The translations under genes were made by a program, and so were the position numbers. Below, one piece after another: positions 19,155 to 29,028 of a stretch of 42,023 nt of DNA. Source of the stretch: Saprospiraceae bacterium. Lineage in GTDB: Bacteria > Bacteroidota > Bacteroidia > Chitinophagales > Saprospiraceae. The stretch covers positions 1-42,023 of the forward strand of contig JBGAWX010000001.1 of the NCBI GenBank assembly GCA_044227375.1. The letters are read 5' to 3'. Below the pieces are notes generated by a model that was given only the letters and a program-made list of their open reading frames with translations, ran no database searches and was not told the DNA's origin. Within the stretch, counting starts at the first letter, position 1, and every line of letters begins with the position of its first letter.

Positions 19155-19400
19155 ATGTGGAAAGAAATTGACAACAAATTAGAAGGCCGGTTTGAGTTCA
19201 GAGATTTTGGAGAAGCCTTTGCATTTATGACTGAAGTAGCATTTCAGTCTGAAAAACTGAATCATCATCCCGTTTGGAAAAACTCATGGAATATTGTTGA
19301 GATTACATTGACTACTCATGATGAAGGAGATACCATTACAGAAAAAGATCATAGACTGGCCGGCGAGATTGATAGACTTTATAAAAAATATGCAAAGTAG
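19155..19400 (+). CDS. 4a-hydroxytetrahydrobiopterin dehydratase (pterin-4-alpha-carbinolamine dehydratase)
   Basis: 81 aa. Motif LNHHPVWKNSWNIVEITLTTHD is characteristic of the PCD/DCoH family. Confidence 0.9.
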   Translation: MWKEIDNKLEGRFEFRDFGEAFAFMTEVAFQSEKLNHHPVWKNSWNIVEITLTTHDEGDTITEKDHRLAGEIDRLYKKYAK

Positions 19401-19558
19401 TCTTGGTTTTTCTTTAATACCCTACTTCTAAATTCTACATTCGTTAATCAGTGTTCGCTATTCATTTTTTTCAGGTTATCAATTCGTTTAGAGATTTAAT
19501 AATGAACATCGATTAACGAATGATGAAATTAGAACTAATAAATCCTAAATAAATTCCA

Positions 19559-20707
19559 ATGTCCTTTAAAATAGAAAGCAAACTCCCCGATGCCGGACTT
19601 TCTATTTTTGCAAAAATGACTGCTGCAGCAATACAGCACCAAGCGATCAATCTTGCGCAAGGATTTCCAAATTTTAGTCCACCTGTTGAATTGTTTCAAT
19701 ATCTTGATGAAGGGGTTAAGAATAATTATAATCAATATGCAGCCATGCCCGGCTTACCCGCATTGCGAAATGAAATAGCCAAGCGATTAACGAGTGATTA
19801 TAATTATCATGCAAATCAGGATTCAGAAATCACAGTAACTGCGGGTGCAACACAGGCGATATACACCATCATTTCAGCATTTGCAAGGCCAGGAGACAAA
19901 GTGATCCTCTTTGAGCCAGCATATGATTCTTATGGACCCGCAGTTAGAGTAAATGGCGGGACTCCAATTTATCTAAGATTGGAATTGCCTGATTTCAAAA
20001 TACCGTGGTCACAGTTGGAATCTATTTTGGATAAGGAAAAAATCAAAATGATTCTGATCAATAATCCTCACAATCCTGCCGGGAGAATCTTACACAAAGA
20101 GGACTTGGATCGCATGGAGAAACTTACCAAATCAAAAGATATTTTATTGATTTGGGATGAAGTATATGACTTGTTGGTTTTTGATGGAATCAAACATTCC
20201 AGTGCACTCGAGAATGCTTCATTAATGGAACATTCAGTAGTTGTTTTTTCAATGGGAAAAACTTTACACAATACCGGTTGGAAAATAGGTTATAGTATTG
20301 CTAAACCTGAAATCACAAATGAAATTAGAAAACTCCATCAGTTTACTGTATTCTCTGTGAATACTCCTGCACAATATGCTATTGCAAGATTCATGGAGGA
20401 ACATAAAGAATTTTTCAAAACACTTCCATTATTCTATCAACAAAAACGCGATTTCTTTTTCGAACAAATGAAAAATACGGCATTTGATTTTTTACCCTGT
20501 GAAGGAAGCTATTTTGCATTAGCCTCTTACAGTAAGCTATCCACTAAAAGTGATTTGGATTTTTCAATGGAGCTGGTAGAAAAAAATAAAGTTGCTTTAA
20601 TTCCCATCTCCGCATTTTATCACGATGGCTACGATCCAAAAATGTTGCGATTTTGTTTTGCAAAAACAGAGGAAACGATTTCTGAAGCCGCGAGAAGATT
20701 AGGCTGA
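19559..20707 (+). CDS. ybdL: Class I/II PLP aminotransferase, methionine aminotransferase (YbdL-like)
   Basis: 382 aa. N-terminal SKLPDAGLSIFAKM..AINLAQGFPNF. PLP-lysine region FSMGKTLHNTGWKIGY. Confidence 0.85.
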   Translation: MSFKIESKLPDAGLSIFAKMTAAAIQHQAINLAQGFPNFSPPVELFQYLDEGVKNNYNQYAAMPGLPALRNEIAKRLTSDYNYHANQDSEITVTAGATQAIYTIISAFARPGDKVILFEPAYDSYGPAVRVNGGTPIYLRLELPDFKIPWSQLESILDKEKIKMILINNPHNPAGRILHKEDLDRMEKLTKSKDILLIWDEVYDLLVFDGIKHSSALENASLMEHSVVVFSMGKTLHNTGWKIGYSIAKPEITNEIRKLHQFTVFSVNTPAQYAIARFMEEHKEFFKTLPLFYQQKRDFFFEQMKNTAFDFLPCEGSYFALASYSKLSTKSDLDFSMELVEKNKVALIPISAFYHDGYDPKMLRFCFAKTEETISEAARRLG

Positions 20708-20802
20708 AGAGGAAAATGAAAAAATTAAAGAATTAAAAATGAAGGAATGAGGATTTGAATAAAATCTATGCATTGTCTATTGAATTCCTTAATTCTTCTC
20801 TT

Positions 20803-20863
20803 CCTGTAGCCTATAGCCTACAGTCTATAGCCTATCCCGAAGGGACCCCTACGGGGCAGCCTT
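20803..20863 (-). repeat. Composite dispersed element: five degenerate heptads (CCTRYAG-type) plus two mini-hairpins
   Basis: Heptads CCTGTAG CCTATAG CCTACAG TCTATAG CCTATCC (20803-20837), then CGAAGGGACCCCTACGGGGCAGCCTT. On the minus strand it starts 5 nt after the TonB-gene stop: AAGGCTGCCCCGTAGGGGTCCCTTCGGGATAGGCTATAG.. A second copy lies at 32915-32991. Confidence 0.8.
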
Positions 20864-20867
20864 CTCC

Positions 20868-21680
20868 TCAATTCAACTTGAAACTTACCGGCAATACCAA
20901 TTTGACATTAACCGGTTTGCCATGATGAATTCCAGCTTTCCATTTGGGCATGTTATGGATGACGCGGATCACTTCTTCATCACATCCTCCACCAATTCCT
21001 CTTAATACATTAACAGAATTCACTTCACCGTTTTTGCCGATGATAAATTCTACTACAACTTTTCCTTCGATGTGATTTTCTCTGGCAATTTGTGGATACC
21101 GGATTGATTTGGCGAGATATCTGGTCAAAGCAGAATGATCGTCACCAAATGAAGGCAATTCATCAACAATCATGAAGACTTCGTTGGATGTATTCTCAGC
21201 TCCACGATCATCTCCTGAAGAAACACCTGTTGATGTTCCACTATCTGATGATCCGTTGCCTCCCGTAATAGATTCATCAGATTTGATATTATCAATTGGG
21301 GTATTATTTAACTGTTCATCGGTCTTAACCGTCTCATCCTTAACAACCATTGGGTTGGTCATGGACTTTGGGATGTTCAACGATCTGCCAGGTTTCGGAT
21401 CACTATTCCGATGTATTATAACAGGCTCAAGATTCGGAGTGACCACAAATTCATGAATCTTGTCTTCAAATAAATTGGCAGGCACAACTTCTTTGTGTCT
21501 GAAAGAATCAATGATTCCCGGTGATAAAAAGAGAGCAACAAAGAACAAGACTGCTATGAGCAATGCTTTTGACATGTTCTTGCTATAGTTCTTGCGTATG
21601 GCGTATGCACCATATACATGGTTACGATGTTCGAAAACCAGTTCATCCAAAGTGATTTCGCGGGAAAATAGATTTTTCAT
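20868..21680 (-). CDS. Energy transducer TonB family protein
   Basis: Start moved to ATG 21680 (MKNLFSREITLDELVFEHRNHVYGAYAIRKNY.. followed by a TM anchor). Ser/Gly/Asp-rich low-complexity linker between the TM anchor and the C-terminal domain. C-terminal TonB domain YPQIARENHIEGKVVVEFIIGKNGEV.. Confidence 0.85.
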   Translation of the reverse strand: MKNLFSREITLDELVFEHRNHVYGAYAIRKNYSKNMSKALLIAVLFFVALFLSPGIIDSFRHKEVVPANLFEDKIHEFVVTPNLEPVIIHRNSDPKPGRSLNIPKSMTNPMVVKDETVKTDEQLNNTPIDNIKSDESITGGNGSSDSGTSTGVSSGDDRGAENTSNEVFMIVDELPSFGDDHSALTRYLAKSIRYPQIARENHIEGKVVVEFIIGKNGEVNSVNVLRGIGGGCDEEVIRVIHNMPKWKAGIHHGKPVNVKLVLPVSFKLN

Positions 21681-21849
21681 CGTTATGAAATTTAGGTAGG
21701 TGAAATAAATCCATAACGTTGGGAAAGCAGAAACGCTTCTTAAATTTAATTTAAAAAGCAAGTTTCATAGTCAGTAAAATTTAAGGGTAACCTTTTCTCA
21801 GTTTTAAATTGAATAGATCATATTGAATACTACACTAAGAAATCCATCA

Positions 21850-22413
21850 TCACACCGTCATAATCTCCTTATCCTTACTCTCGACGATCTTGTCAATTTT
21901 GGATATATAGTCATTCACCTGATTCTGCACTTCTTGTTCCTTGCGTTTGGCGATATCTTCAGCCAGTCCATTCTTTTGTTCTTTTTTAATAGTTTCCAAT
22001 ATTTTATGACGGCTGGCGCGAACACTTACTTTGGCTTCTTCTCCATAGTGCTTTACCTGTTTTGTAAATTCTTTTCTTCGTTCTTCTGTTAGCGCTGGAA
22101 TTCCAATGCGTATCATTTCACCATCATTTTGTGGTGTGATGCCAAGATTTGCTGCGAATATCGCTTGTTCAATATCTCCGATTATTTTTTTCTCCCAGGG
22201 TTGAATGGCAATGGTTCTTGAATCAGACAAACTTAAATTCGCTACCTGCGAAAGTGGCGTTGGTGAACCATAATAATTCACCATAATTCCATCGAGCATC
22301 GATGTGGAAGCTTTGCCGGTTCTCACTTTTTGCAATTCCTTTTGCAAATGCTCAATGGCTTTATCAAATTCTTCTTTTGTTTTTCGAAGTTGGAGTTCGA
22401 GTTCTGCTGACAT
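21850..22413 (-). CDS. frr: Ribosome recycling factor
   Basis: 187 aa, with the typical RRF sequence (..LDGIMVNYYGSPTPLSQVANLS..PALTEERRKE..). Confidence 0.95.
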   Translation of the reverse strand: MSAELELQLRKTKEEFDKAIEHLQKELQKVRTGKASTSMLDGIMVNYYGSPTPLSQVANLSLSDSRTIAIQPWEKKIIGDIEQAIFAANLGITPQNDGEMIRIGIPALTEERRKEFTKQVKHYGEEAKVSVRASRHKILETIKKEQKNGLAEDIAKRKEQEVQNQVNDYISKIDKIVESKDKEIMTV

Positions 22414-22456
22414 TGGATTTAGTTTAGTATTGAAGTATTATTGATTAATTGCGACA

Positions 22457-22495
22457 TAGGCTTTAGGCTTTAGGCTTTAGGCTTTAGGCTTTAGG
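22457..22495. repeat. Perfect heptanucleotide tandem repeat (TAGGCTT) x5.6
   Basis: Direct reading. It begins 44 nt upstream of the frr start codon (22413, minus strand). Confidence 0.95.
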
Positions 22496-22597
22496 AAAAT
22501 TAATTTGGATTTCAAAATGTTCAAAAATTTCAAAATGAAAAATAACAAAATTTCTTTGAATTAATAAGTATGTTGTTTTAAAATATTCCAATTAAAA

Positions 22598-22632
22598 ATT
22601 GTCAATTTTCCATTGTCAATTGTCAATTACCT
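22598..22632. repeat. Degenerate heptad tract (ATTGTCA-type, 5 units)
   Basis: ATTGTCA ATTTTCC ATTGTCA ATTGTCA ATTACCT. Shares the string GTCAATTG with the long palindromes at 33241-33266 and 33421-33447. Confidence 0.75.
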
Positions 22633-22665
22633 TATCAATCCGTTTGTATCGTTATTTATTTTTCC

Positions 22666-23367
22666 CTAATCCCTATTTATTCCAATATACCGTAAAACTA
22701 AATAAATCAACATCACCAATGAAGATAAAGCAGCCACAACATAAGTAAGACCTGCCCATTTCAAAGCATCTTTTGCGCCCGTATATTCATCTCCACTGAC
22801 TATGCCTCTTTCATTAATCCAAACCAACGCTCTTCTACTTGCATCAAATTCAACCGGTAAGGTGATAAAACTAAACAAAGTTGTTATACCAAATACAACA
22901 ATAGTTATAAGTAATAAGGAAGGAAATGTATTGGCCAACATAAAGGCACCCAGCAGTAAAAACTGTTGCGCCATAGAAGCCACTTTCACTACGGGAACCA
23001 GCTTGGAACGCAATTGCAACATAGCATATGCCGTGTCATGTTGCACAGCATGTCCACATTCATGAGCTGCAACAGCCGCAGCAGCAATACTTCGCCCACT
23101 ATAAACTTCAGGACTTAAATTCACGGTTTTATCCATCGGATTATAATGATCACTCAAAAAGCCTTGAGACTCCTGCACGACTACATCATGAATGCCATAG
23201 TAATTCAACATTTCCTGAGCAATTTCTTTCCCAGATTTATTGGATCGCAGACCCATCATGGAGTATGTTTTAAATTTAGATTGCAACCTTGATGAAATGA
23301 TCATACCGATGACGGACATGACAATAGTTAGGATGTAATAAATCATGTAATCTGAATTGAGTATCAT
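22666..23367 (-). CDS. Membrane-associated zinc metallopeptidase (PF04298-type, putative neutral Zn peptidase)
   Basis: 233 aa. HExxH in AAHECGHAVQH. N-terminal and C-terminal TM helices. The start could alternatively be ATG 23346. Confidence 0.8.
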   Translation of the reverse strand: MILNSDYMIYYILTIVMSVIGMIISSRLQSKFKTYSMMGLRSNKSGKEIAQEMLNYYGIHDVVVQESQGFLSDHYNPMDKTVNLSPEVYSGRSIAAAAVAAHECGHAVQHDTAYAMLQLRSKLVPVVKVASMAQQFLLLGAFMLANTFPSLLLITIVVFGITTLFSFITLPVEFDASRRALVWINERGIVSGDEYTGAKDALKWAGLTYVVAALSSLVMLIYLVLRYIGINRD

Positions 23368-23484
23368 ATTTTCATTTATTTTTTATGCGTATGTAAACAT
23401 ATGAAAGGGTAAAGAGATTCAATAGCTTCCTTAATTTTTTCTTAAAACGGATCGATGTAATTGATTTATAAGTTGTTGAAACCC

Positions 23485-24765
23485 TTAACGAATATAATCA
23501 AAACCGGTATACACTCTTAGGGCTTCCGGAATCCGGATTCCATCAGAAGTTTGATGATTTTCCAACAGCGCAGCCACAATTCTGGCCAAAGCCAAAGCAC
23601 TTCCATTGAGTGTATGAGCCAGGACAGAGTCGCCCTTTTCATTTTTAAATCTCAACTTCATGCGGTTGGCCTGGAAGCTTTCAAAATTAGAAACCGAACT
23701 CACTTCCAGCCAACGCTTTTGTGCAGCTGAATACACTTCGAAATCAAATGTCATCGCTGATGTAAATCCCATATCGCCACCACACAATCTCAAAATTCTA
23801 TAAGGCAATTCCAACTTGATTAATAAACCCTCAACATGATTCAACATGTCCTCCAAAACAGCATATGAATTTTTTGGATGTTCTATCCTGACCAACTCTA
23901 CTTTGTCAAATTGATGGACCCGGTTCAATCCCTTGACATGTGCTCCATAAGACCCGGCTTCTCTTCTGAAACATGGTGTATACGCGCACATTTTAACAGA
24001 AAAATTTTCATCTTTAAGCAAAACATCCCTGTAGATATTGGTCACAGGTACTTCTGCAGTAGGTATTAAGTACAAATCATCTTTTTCTGCATAATACATT
24101 TGGCCTTCTTTATCCGGTAACTGGCCTGTGGCTTTCGCTGAATCCGCGTTGACCAACAATGGGGGTTGCATTTCTTCATAGCCTGCTTTTGCAGCTTCAT
24201 CCAAAAAGAAATTGATCAATGCCCTTTGAAGTTTAGCACCCTTGTTTCTGTATAAAATAAAACCGGAACCGGAAATTTTCACTCCAAGTTCCATATCAAA
24301 CAAGTCGTATTTTTTTGCCAGATCCCAATGTGGTAAAGAGCCTTCTGATAATTCAGGCAAGTTCTTTTCCCAATTCTTATATACTTCATTATCCTCTGCA
24401 CCACGGCCCTGTGGAACCAAATGGTAAGGTATGTTTGGAAGTTGAATAAGAGCTTCTTCTATAAATACTTTGGCAGCGTTGAGTTCATCTTCTAATTGAA
24501 TTGTTTTCTCCTTAATAGCAGACACTTCTATTTTTAATTGATCAGCTTCAGCACGATTGCCTGATTTATACAGATCCCCGATTTCTTTTGCCAGTTTATT
24601 GAGTTGAGATAAAAGATGATCCGACTGGGATTGGATTGATTTCCTGAGATCATCCTTTTCAATAATCTTTGGGACCAATGACATCAATTCATCTGGCAAA
24701 TTGCGTTTTTTATATCCTTCCAGGACTCTGGCGGTTTCATTTCTAAGTATCCTGAGTTCTACCAT
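23485..24765 (-). CDS. serS: Serine--tRNA ligase
   Basis: Start moved to ATG 24765 (MVELRILRNE.., 426 aa, the usual SerS length). Class II motifs TAEVPVTNIYRD, FRREAGSYG and GSALALAR. Confidence 0.92.
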   Translation of the reverse strand: MVELRILRNETARVLEGYKKRNLPDELMSLVPKIIEKDDLRKSIQSQSDHLLSQLNKLAKEIGDLYKSGNRAEADQLKIEVSAIKEKTIQLEDELNAAKVFIEEALIQLPNIPYHLVPQGRGAEDNEVYKNWEKNLPELSEGSLPHWDLAKKYDLFDMELGVKISGSGFILYRNKGAKLQRALINFFLDEAAKAGYEEMQPPLLVNADSAKATGQLPDKEGQMYYAEKDDLYLIPTAEVPVTNIYRDVLLKDENFSVKMCAYTPCFRREAGSYGAHVKGLNRVHQFDKVELVRIEHPKNSYAVLEDMLNHVEGLLIKLELPYRILRLCGGDMGFTSAMTFDFEVYSAAQKRWLEVSSVSNFESFQANRMKLRFKNEKGDSVLAHTLNGSALALARIVAALLENHQTSDGIRIPEALRVYTGFDYIR

Positions 24766-24847
24766 TTTATGAAATATTCGGGCCGGCAATGTTACAGCAA
24801 GATGTGGAAATTTTTTTAAAAAAATATAAAATCGGATAAGTCTTTTG

Positions 24848-24855
24848 TATATTTG
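24848..24855 (+). promoter_or_regulatory. Candidate -7 box (TATATTTG) for rho, implying a ~190-nt leader
   Basis: TAnnTTTG match on the plus strand in the serS-rho divergent region, 196 nt upstream of the rho ATG. Confidence 0.3.
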
Positions 24856-25050
24856 CAGGGCAAAACCGGAACTGGTAATCAGTTCTTTCGCATCTCCAGA
24901 GTTTACCCAGTTAATTTCATTCAAATTTCCAAGTAAAAAAACCTGATTTGTTTATCGATTAACTGAGCCTCTGAATATCGATTCGTTTTACAAGCCATAT
25001 TATCCTTTCAAATCACTTGTTGAATATTACTTATCGTCCAATTTTTTTCT

Positions 25051-26748
25051 ATGTACGACATACTGCAACTTAATGACATGCTGGTTCCTGAGCTTAGAGA
25101 AGTAGCTGAGAAACTCAATGTCGAAAATTCCAAAAAGCTGAGCAAGCAGGATTTAATTTATAAAATTCTGGATCAGCAAGCTTTGAATAAAAGTGCTGTT
25201 GGAACTTCCGATTCTGATGAAGGATCAACATCAATACCCGAACAAAACCCGGCGTACGAAATCCTGGAAGATGAACACAATGTCCGACATAGAAGAAGGC
25301 GTTTGGTCAAACCCGCTGAACCAATTCTCAAAGTTCCGGCAGAAGTCCCGCTGGAAGAGCCTTTGGAGGTTCTAAATGCTGAAGTGATAGAGCAAGCTGC
25401 AGTACCCAATGATGTGGAATACAAAAAAGAAGAACATCATTCCAGACCACCGGCAAGAGAGAAACGACACGTTGAACACAAGCAAAATAATTATCGCAAG
25501 AACTACAGACAAGAAGAATCCGCAGCTCAAAATGGACATACCGAAGAGAATGCTAAACCTGAATCCAGTGAAAGTGAAATGAGTCCTGAAATTCAAAAAC
25601 GCCCGGAGCCATTATTTGTAGTTGAGCTCGAGGGGGTGGTTGAAGGAATGGGAGTCCTTGAAATGATGCCGGACGGATATGGATTTTTGAGAAGTTCGGA
25701 TTACAATTACCTTTCTTCTCCGGATGATATTTATGTTTCCCCTTCTCAGATTAAATTGTTTGGCTTAAAAACCGGCGATACTGTCGTTGGAGCAATACGT
25801 CCTCCAAAAGAAGGTGAAAAATACTTTGCCCTATTAAAAGTTTCCAAGATCAATGGACTGGAACCCAATTTAATCAGGGACAGAGTTCCTTTCGATTATC
25901 TTACTCCGTTGTTTCCAAATGAAAAATTTAAATTGACTACAAGTCCTGCGGGAAGAGATTATGGAAACCGGATGATTGATTTGTTTACTCCAATCGGTAA
26001 GGGGCAAAGAGGTTTAATTGTTGCACAACCGAAAACGGGAAAAACATTTTTATTAAAAGATATTGCCAACGCTATTTCAGCAAATCACCCGGAGTGCTTT
26101 TTACTCATTTTGCTTGTTGATGAACGTCCTGAAGAGGTAACGGACATGAAGCGAAATGTAAATGCAGAAGTGATTTCATCGACATTTGATGAGCCTGCTG
26201 ACAATCATGTCCGTGTTGCCAATATCGTGCTGGAAAAAGCAAAACGAATGGTTGAATGTGGCCATGATGTGGTCATTCTCTTAGATTCAATTACCCGTCT
26301 CGCCAGAGCTTATAATACGGTTGCTCCTTCTTCGGGCAAAGTATTGTCAGGTGGAGTTGAAGCCAATGCCTTGCAAAAACCAAAGAAATTCTTTGGAGCT
26401 GCCCGGAAAATTGAAAATGGAGGCTCATTGACCATTATCGCAACGGCACTCATTGATACGGGATCCAAAATGGACGGAGTCATTTTTGAAGAATTCAAAG
26501 GAACGGGCAATATGGAGCTTCAATTGGATAGAAACTTATCCAATAAGCGACTTTTCCCATCTATTGACCTAACCAAATCGAGCACCAGAAGGGAAGACCT
26601 TCTGTTGGATGATGCGATTATTCAGAGGATGTTTGTTCTGCGCAATCACCTGGCGGATATGAAACCCGAAGAGGCTATAGAATTTGTTAAAAAACATATG
26701 GTCGGTACTGCTACCAATGATGAATTCCTAATTTCTATGAATAGCTAG
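25051..26748 (+). CDS. rho: Transcription termination factor Rho with a ~145-aa N-terminal insertion
   Basis: 565 aa. N-terminal helix bundle [21 protein letters not shown]-like RNA-binding region [14 protein letters not shown]. Walker [10 protein letters not shown]-terminal [20 protein letters not shown]. Confidence 0.95.
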   Translation: MYDILQLNDMLVPELREVAEKLNVENSKKLSKQDLIYKILDQQALNKSAVGTSDSDEGSTSIPEQNPAYEILEDEHNVRHRRRRLVKPAEPILKVPAEVPLEEPLEVLNAEVIEQAAVPNDVEYKKEEHHSRPPAREKRHVEHKQNNYRKNYRQEESAAQNGHTEENAKPESSESEMSPEIQKRPEPLFVVELEGVVEGMGVLEMMPDGYGFLRSSDYNYLSSPDDIYVSPSQIKLFGLKTGDTVVGAIRPPKEGEKYFALLKVSKINGLEPNLIRDRVPFDYLTPLFPNEKFKLTTSPAGRDYGNRMIDLFTPIGKGQRGLIVAQPKTGKTFLLKDIANAISANHPECFLLILLVDERPEEVTDMKRNVNAEVISSTFDEPADNHVRVANIVLEKAKRMVECGHDVVILLDSITRLARAYNTVAPSSGKVLSGGVEANALQKPKKFFGAARKIENGGSLTIIATALIDTGSKMDGVIFEEFKGTGNMELQLDRNLSNKRLFPSIDLTKSSTRREDLLLDDAIIQRMFVLRNHLADMKPEEAIEFVKKHMVGTATNDEFLISMNS

Positions 26749-26836
26749 AAAACGGGTTCTCGTTTGGTTTTCTCCCAACATTTAAAGGAATTTCAAGAAT
26801 TTTAGAACACTGCCATTATAAAAATAAAAAATAAGC

Positions 26837-26844
26837 TATCTTTG
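26837..26844 (+). promoter_or_regulatory. -7 promoter box (TATCTTTG) for rpmH-rnpA
   Basis: TAnnTTTG match 40 nt upstream of the rpmH ATG (26884). Confidence 0.5.
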
Positions 26845-26883
26845 CAATCCCTTTTTAAATAAGGCATTGAAAATCATAATTTT

Positions 26884-27039
26884 ATGAAACGTACATTTCA
26901 ACCTTCCAGAAGAAAGAGATCCAACAAACACGGGTTCAGATCCCGCATGAAGTCTAAAAACGGAAGAAAAATCCTAGCTCGCAGAAGAGCCAGAGGAAGA
27001 TTTAAACTCAGCGTTTCAGACGAGGGTGGGTTGAAATAA
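26884..27039 (+). CDS. rpmH: 50S ribosomal protein L34
   Basis: Not in the ORF track because it is under 60 aa. My translation is [51 protein letters not shown]. The L34 signature [12 protein letters not shown] is present, and the gene sits directly upstream of rnpA, as in most bacteria. Confidence 0.92.
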   Translation: MKRTFQPSRRKRSNKHGFRSRMKSKNGRKILARRRARGRFKLSVSDEGGLK

Positions 27040-27051
27040 TAATTCTCCAAC

Positions 27052-27444
27052 GTGAGCCAAAATCTAGATTTTCCTGCAAGGCTCCGGATCAAATCCAGAA
27101 AAGAAATAGAAATTCTCGTCGAATCGAAGAATTCCTTCTTTCATCATCCTTTCTTATTAAAATATCATTTCGAAAAATTGCCGACAGGTCAATTGGCTTC
27201 TCCGCAATTTGCCATTTCTGTTCCAAAAAGGAATTTTCGTAAAGCCCATGATCGCAATCTCATCAAGCGGAGAGTTCGCGAGGTCTATCGATTGAATTGG
27301 AAAAATTACTTTCCGGAAACCTCTTCATACAAAGTTTCATTTCTGTTTATACTCGTTGCAAAAAAAATTCCGGATTACTCTGAATTGGAAAATGCAATGA
27401 AACAAACGTTTATTAAGCTGACTAAATTGAGCACATCCATTTAG
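27052..27444 (+). CDS. rnpA: Ribonuclease P protein component
   Basis: 130 aa with a GTG start. Motifs RLR.K.R.EI and AISVPKRNFRKAHDRNLIKRRVREVYR (RNR motif). Conserved position after rpmH. Confidence 0.85.
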   Translation: MSQNLDFPARLRIKSRKEIEILVESKNSFFHHPFLLKYHFEKLPTGQLASPQFAISVPKRNFRKAHDRNLIKRRVREVYRLNWKNYFPETSSYKVSFLFILVAKKIPDYSELENAMKQTFIKLTKLSTSI

Positions 27445-27461
27445 CAATCCATTATCTTTTA

Positions 27462-28943
27462 TCATCTGCCTGCTTTGGCAAACTTCTGTACATATTGAAT
27501 GCCATTGACATCAGTAATTGTAATGATGTAAAGACCAGGGCCGACATTTGAAATATCAATCTCGTTTTCTGTGGTTTTATTGAATGTGTTTTTCAAAATC
27601 AATTTTCCAATTGAATTGTAGATTATAAAATCTTTCAATGGTCTTTCGGTATTTGAAACAACAATACGATCTGTTGCCGGATTTGGATGAATTGCAAATG
27701 AGGAAATTACATGTTCAATCTCAGCATTTGCGGTAACATCAATGCTGTCTTCATAGACCCAAACATTTCCATCGCGCGTTGCCATGAACACTTTATTTCC
27801 ATCGACTGCAAGAGAACCTTGAGAGAGTCCATCGTTTTGCCCGGTGATGCCAGTATTAAATAATGACCAGTGAATTCCATCACGGGAAGTGTAGATTCCT
27901 ATTTGCGTTGCGCCATTTGAGCTACCGGAATGAAAAAACATTTGCCCGTTAGTCGTTGTCACTATTTTAGAAACTTGTTGACCTGTTTGTACCAGATAAT
28001 CCGGTAACCCTTTCAACTCCATTGTGGTCTTTCCTTTCATATCAGCAAACCCCATTCGATTTTTCCAACCGATTTGCCACATATTTACACCGGACCAAAC
28101 CAGATTATTATCTTTTGTAAAACCTAGAGCAGCCGCATTTCCACTTATTGACAAAGGCATCATTGGACTGGTTGTATCTTTTTGTTGAGGATCATTTTGT
28201 TGACATGCAAAAAGATCAGCGGGATGCCAACTTACTCCTTCATCATCCGAATAAATTACACCGGCTGTTTCAGTACCTGCATAAATTCTTCCATTGTTAT
28301 CAATGTTGATGGAAAAAATGGCTGCATCGTAATCCGTACCATTTAACAAGCTTGGATAATAACACGGATGTTGTGATTTGACAGATTTACTATCATCAAT
28401 CACTTCATATGTATGGCCATCATCTGTTGATTTGTAAATATTGGCCCATCGGGTCCCGACATAGATGGTTCCATTCTTTGATGTGGCCACACAATGTCCT
28501 CCTAATGATGGCACCCCTGTTGATTTAGCAGTATCCCAACGAGAAGTCACACTGTTGAATACAAAAAGCCAGGGTTGAGTTACATCCGTACGGTAGATAC
28601 CTGCAATAGCTTCGCTGTTTTTGTTGTATCCTAAAGCGACAATATTATTTTGAATGGTTGATGGTCTTGGTATTTGCGTCAAAGCAGTAAAGCTTCCTGT
28701 GGATTGTTGCGTATTGGCTTTATAAATATATCCAAGGTTGATTCCAGTCCCCAATAGTGTATAAAAAATGTCATGATTGGGAGCGACCACCATTCTGGGA
28801 TAAACCCCGGAAGGTAATCCGCTTGCCCATAATTTCCATGATGGTGATTGTGCATGAATAAAATCAATATGACCGATCAGCAGAAACAAAATAATGAGTT
28901 TCTTTAAACTTATAATGCAACTGAATAGTAATGCCCTTTTCAT
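27462..28943 (-). CDS. T9SS cargo protein with BNR/Asp-box beta-propeller
   Basis: Start moved to ATG 28943 (MKRALLFS.. signal peptide). Asp-box-like SxDxGxxW repeats (YKSTDDGHTY, YSDDEGVSWH, YTSRDGIHWS). C-terminal sorting domain (IHPNPATDRIVV..GPGLYIITITD..). Confidence 0.7.
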   Translation of the reverse strand: MKRALLFSCIISLKKLIILFLLIGHIDFIHAQSPSWKLWASGLPSGVYPRMVVAPNHDIFYTLLGTGINLGYIYKANTQQSTGSFTALTQIPRPSTIQNNIVALGYNKNSEAIAGIYRTDVTQPWLFVFNSVTSRWDTAKSTGVPSLGGHCVATSKNGTIYVGTRWANIYKSTDDGHTYEVIDDSKSVKSQHPCYYPSLLNGTDYDAAIFSINIDNNGRIYAGTETAGVIYSDDEGVSWHPADLFACQQNDPQQKDTTSPMMPLSISGNAAALGFTKDNNLVWSGVNMWQIGWKNRMGFADMKGKTTMELKGLPDYLVQTGQQVSKIVTTTNGQMFFHSGSSNGATQIGIYTSRDGIHWSLFNTGITGQNDGLSQGSLAVDGNKVFMATRDGNVWVYEDSIDVTANAEIEHVISSFAIHPNPATDRIVVSNTERPLKDFIIYNSIGKLILKNTFNKTTENEIDISNVGPGLYIITITDVNGIQYVQKFAKAGR

Positions 28944-29028
28944 CTTTTGTTTCAGATATAGAAGAAGTGGGCAGCACAAATAGGGATTTATTCAAGTAAT
29001 TCACAAAAACTGTACGAATGAACAGGTG

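Noticed and set aside
20727-20800. AT-rich inverted repeat AAGAATTAA..GGAAT / ATTCCTTAATTCTT after the aminotransferase gene
   Set aside because: It is an imperfect, very AT-rich stem with a long loop and no U-tract. That is too weak to call a terminator or an element.
24766-24924. 53-codon N-terminal extension of serS in the track ORF
   Set aside because: SerS normally begins at the MxxL(K/R)xxR motif (here MVELRILRNE at 24765), giving the usual ~426 aa. The extension has no SerS-like sequence and contains a plus-strand promoter-like box.
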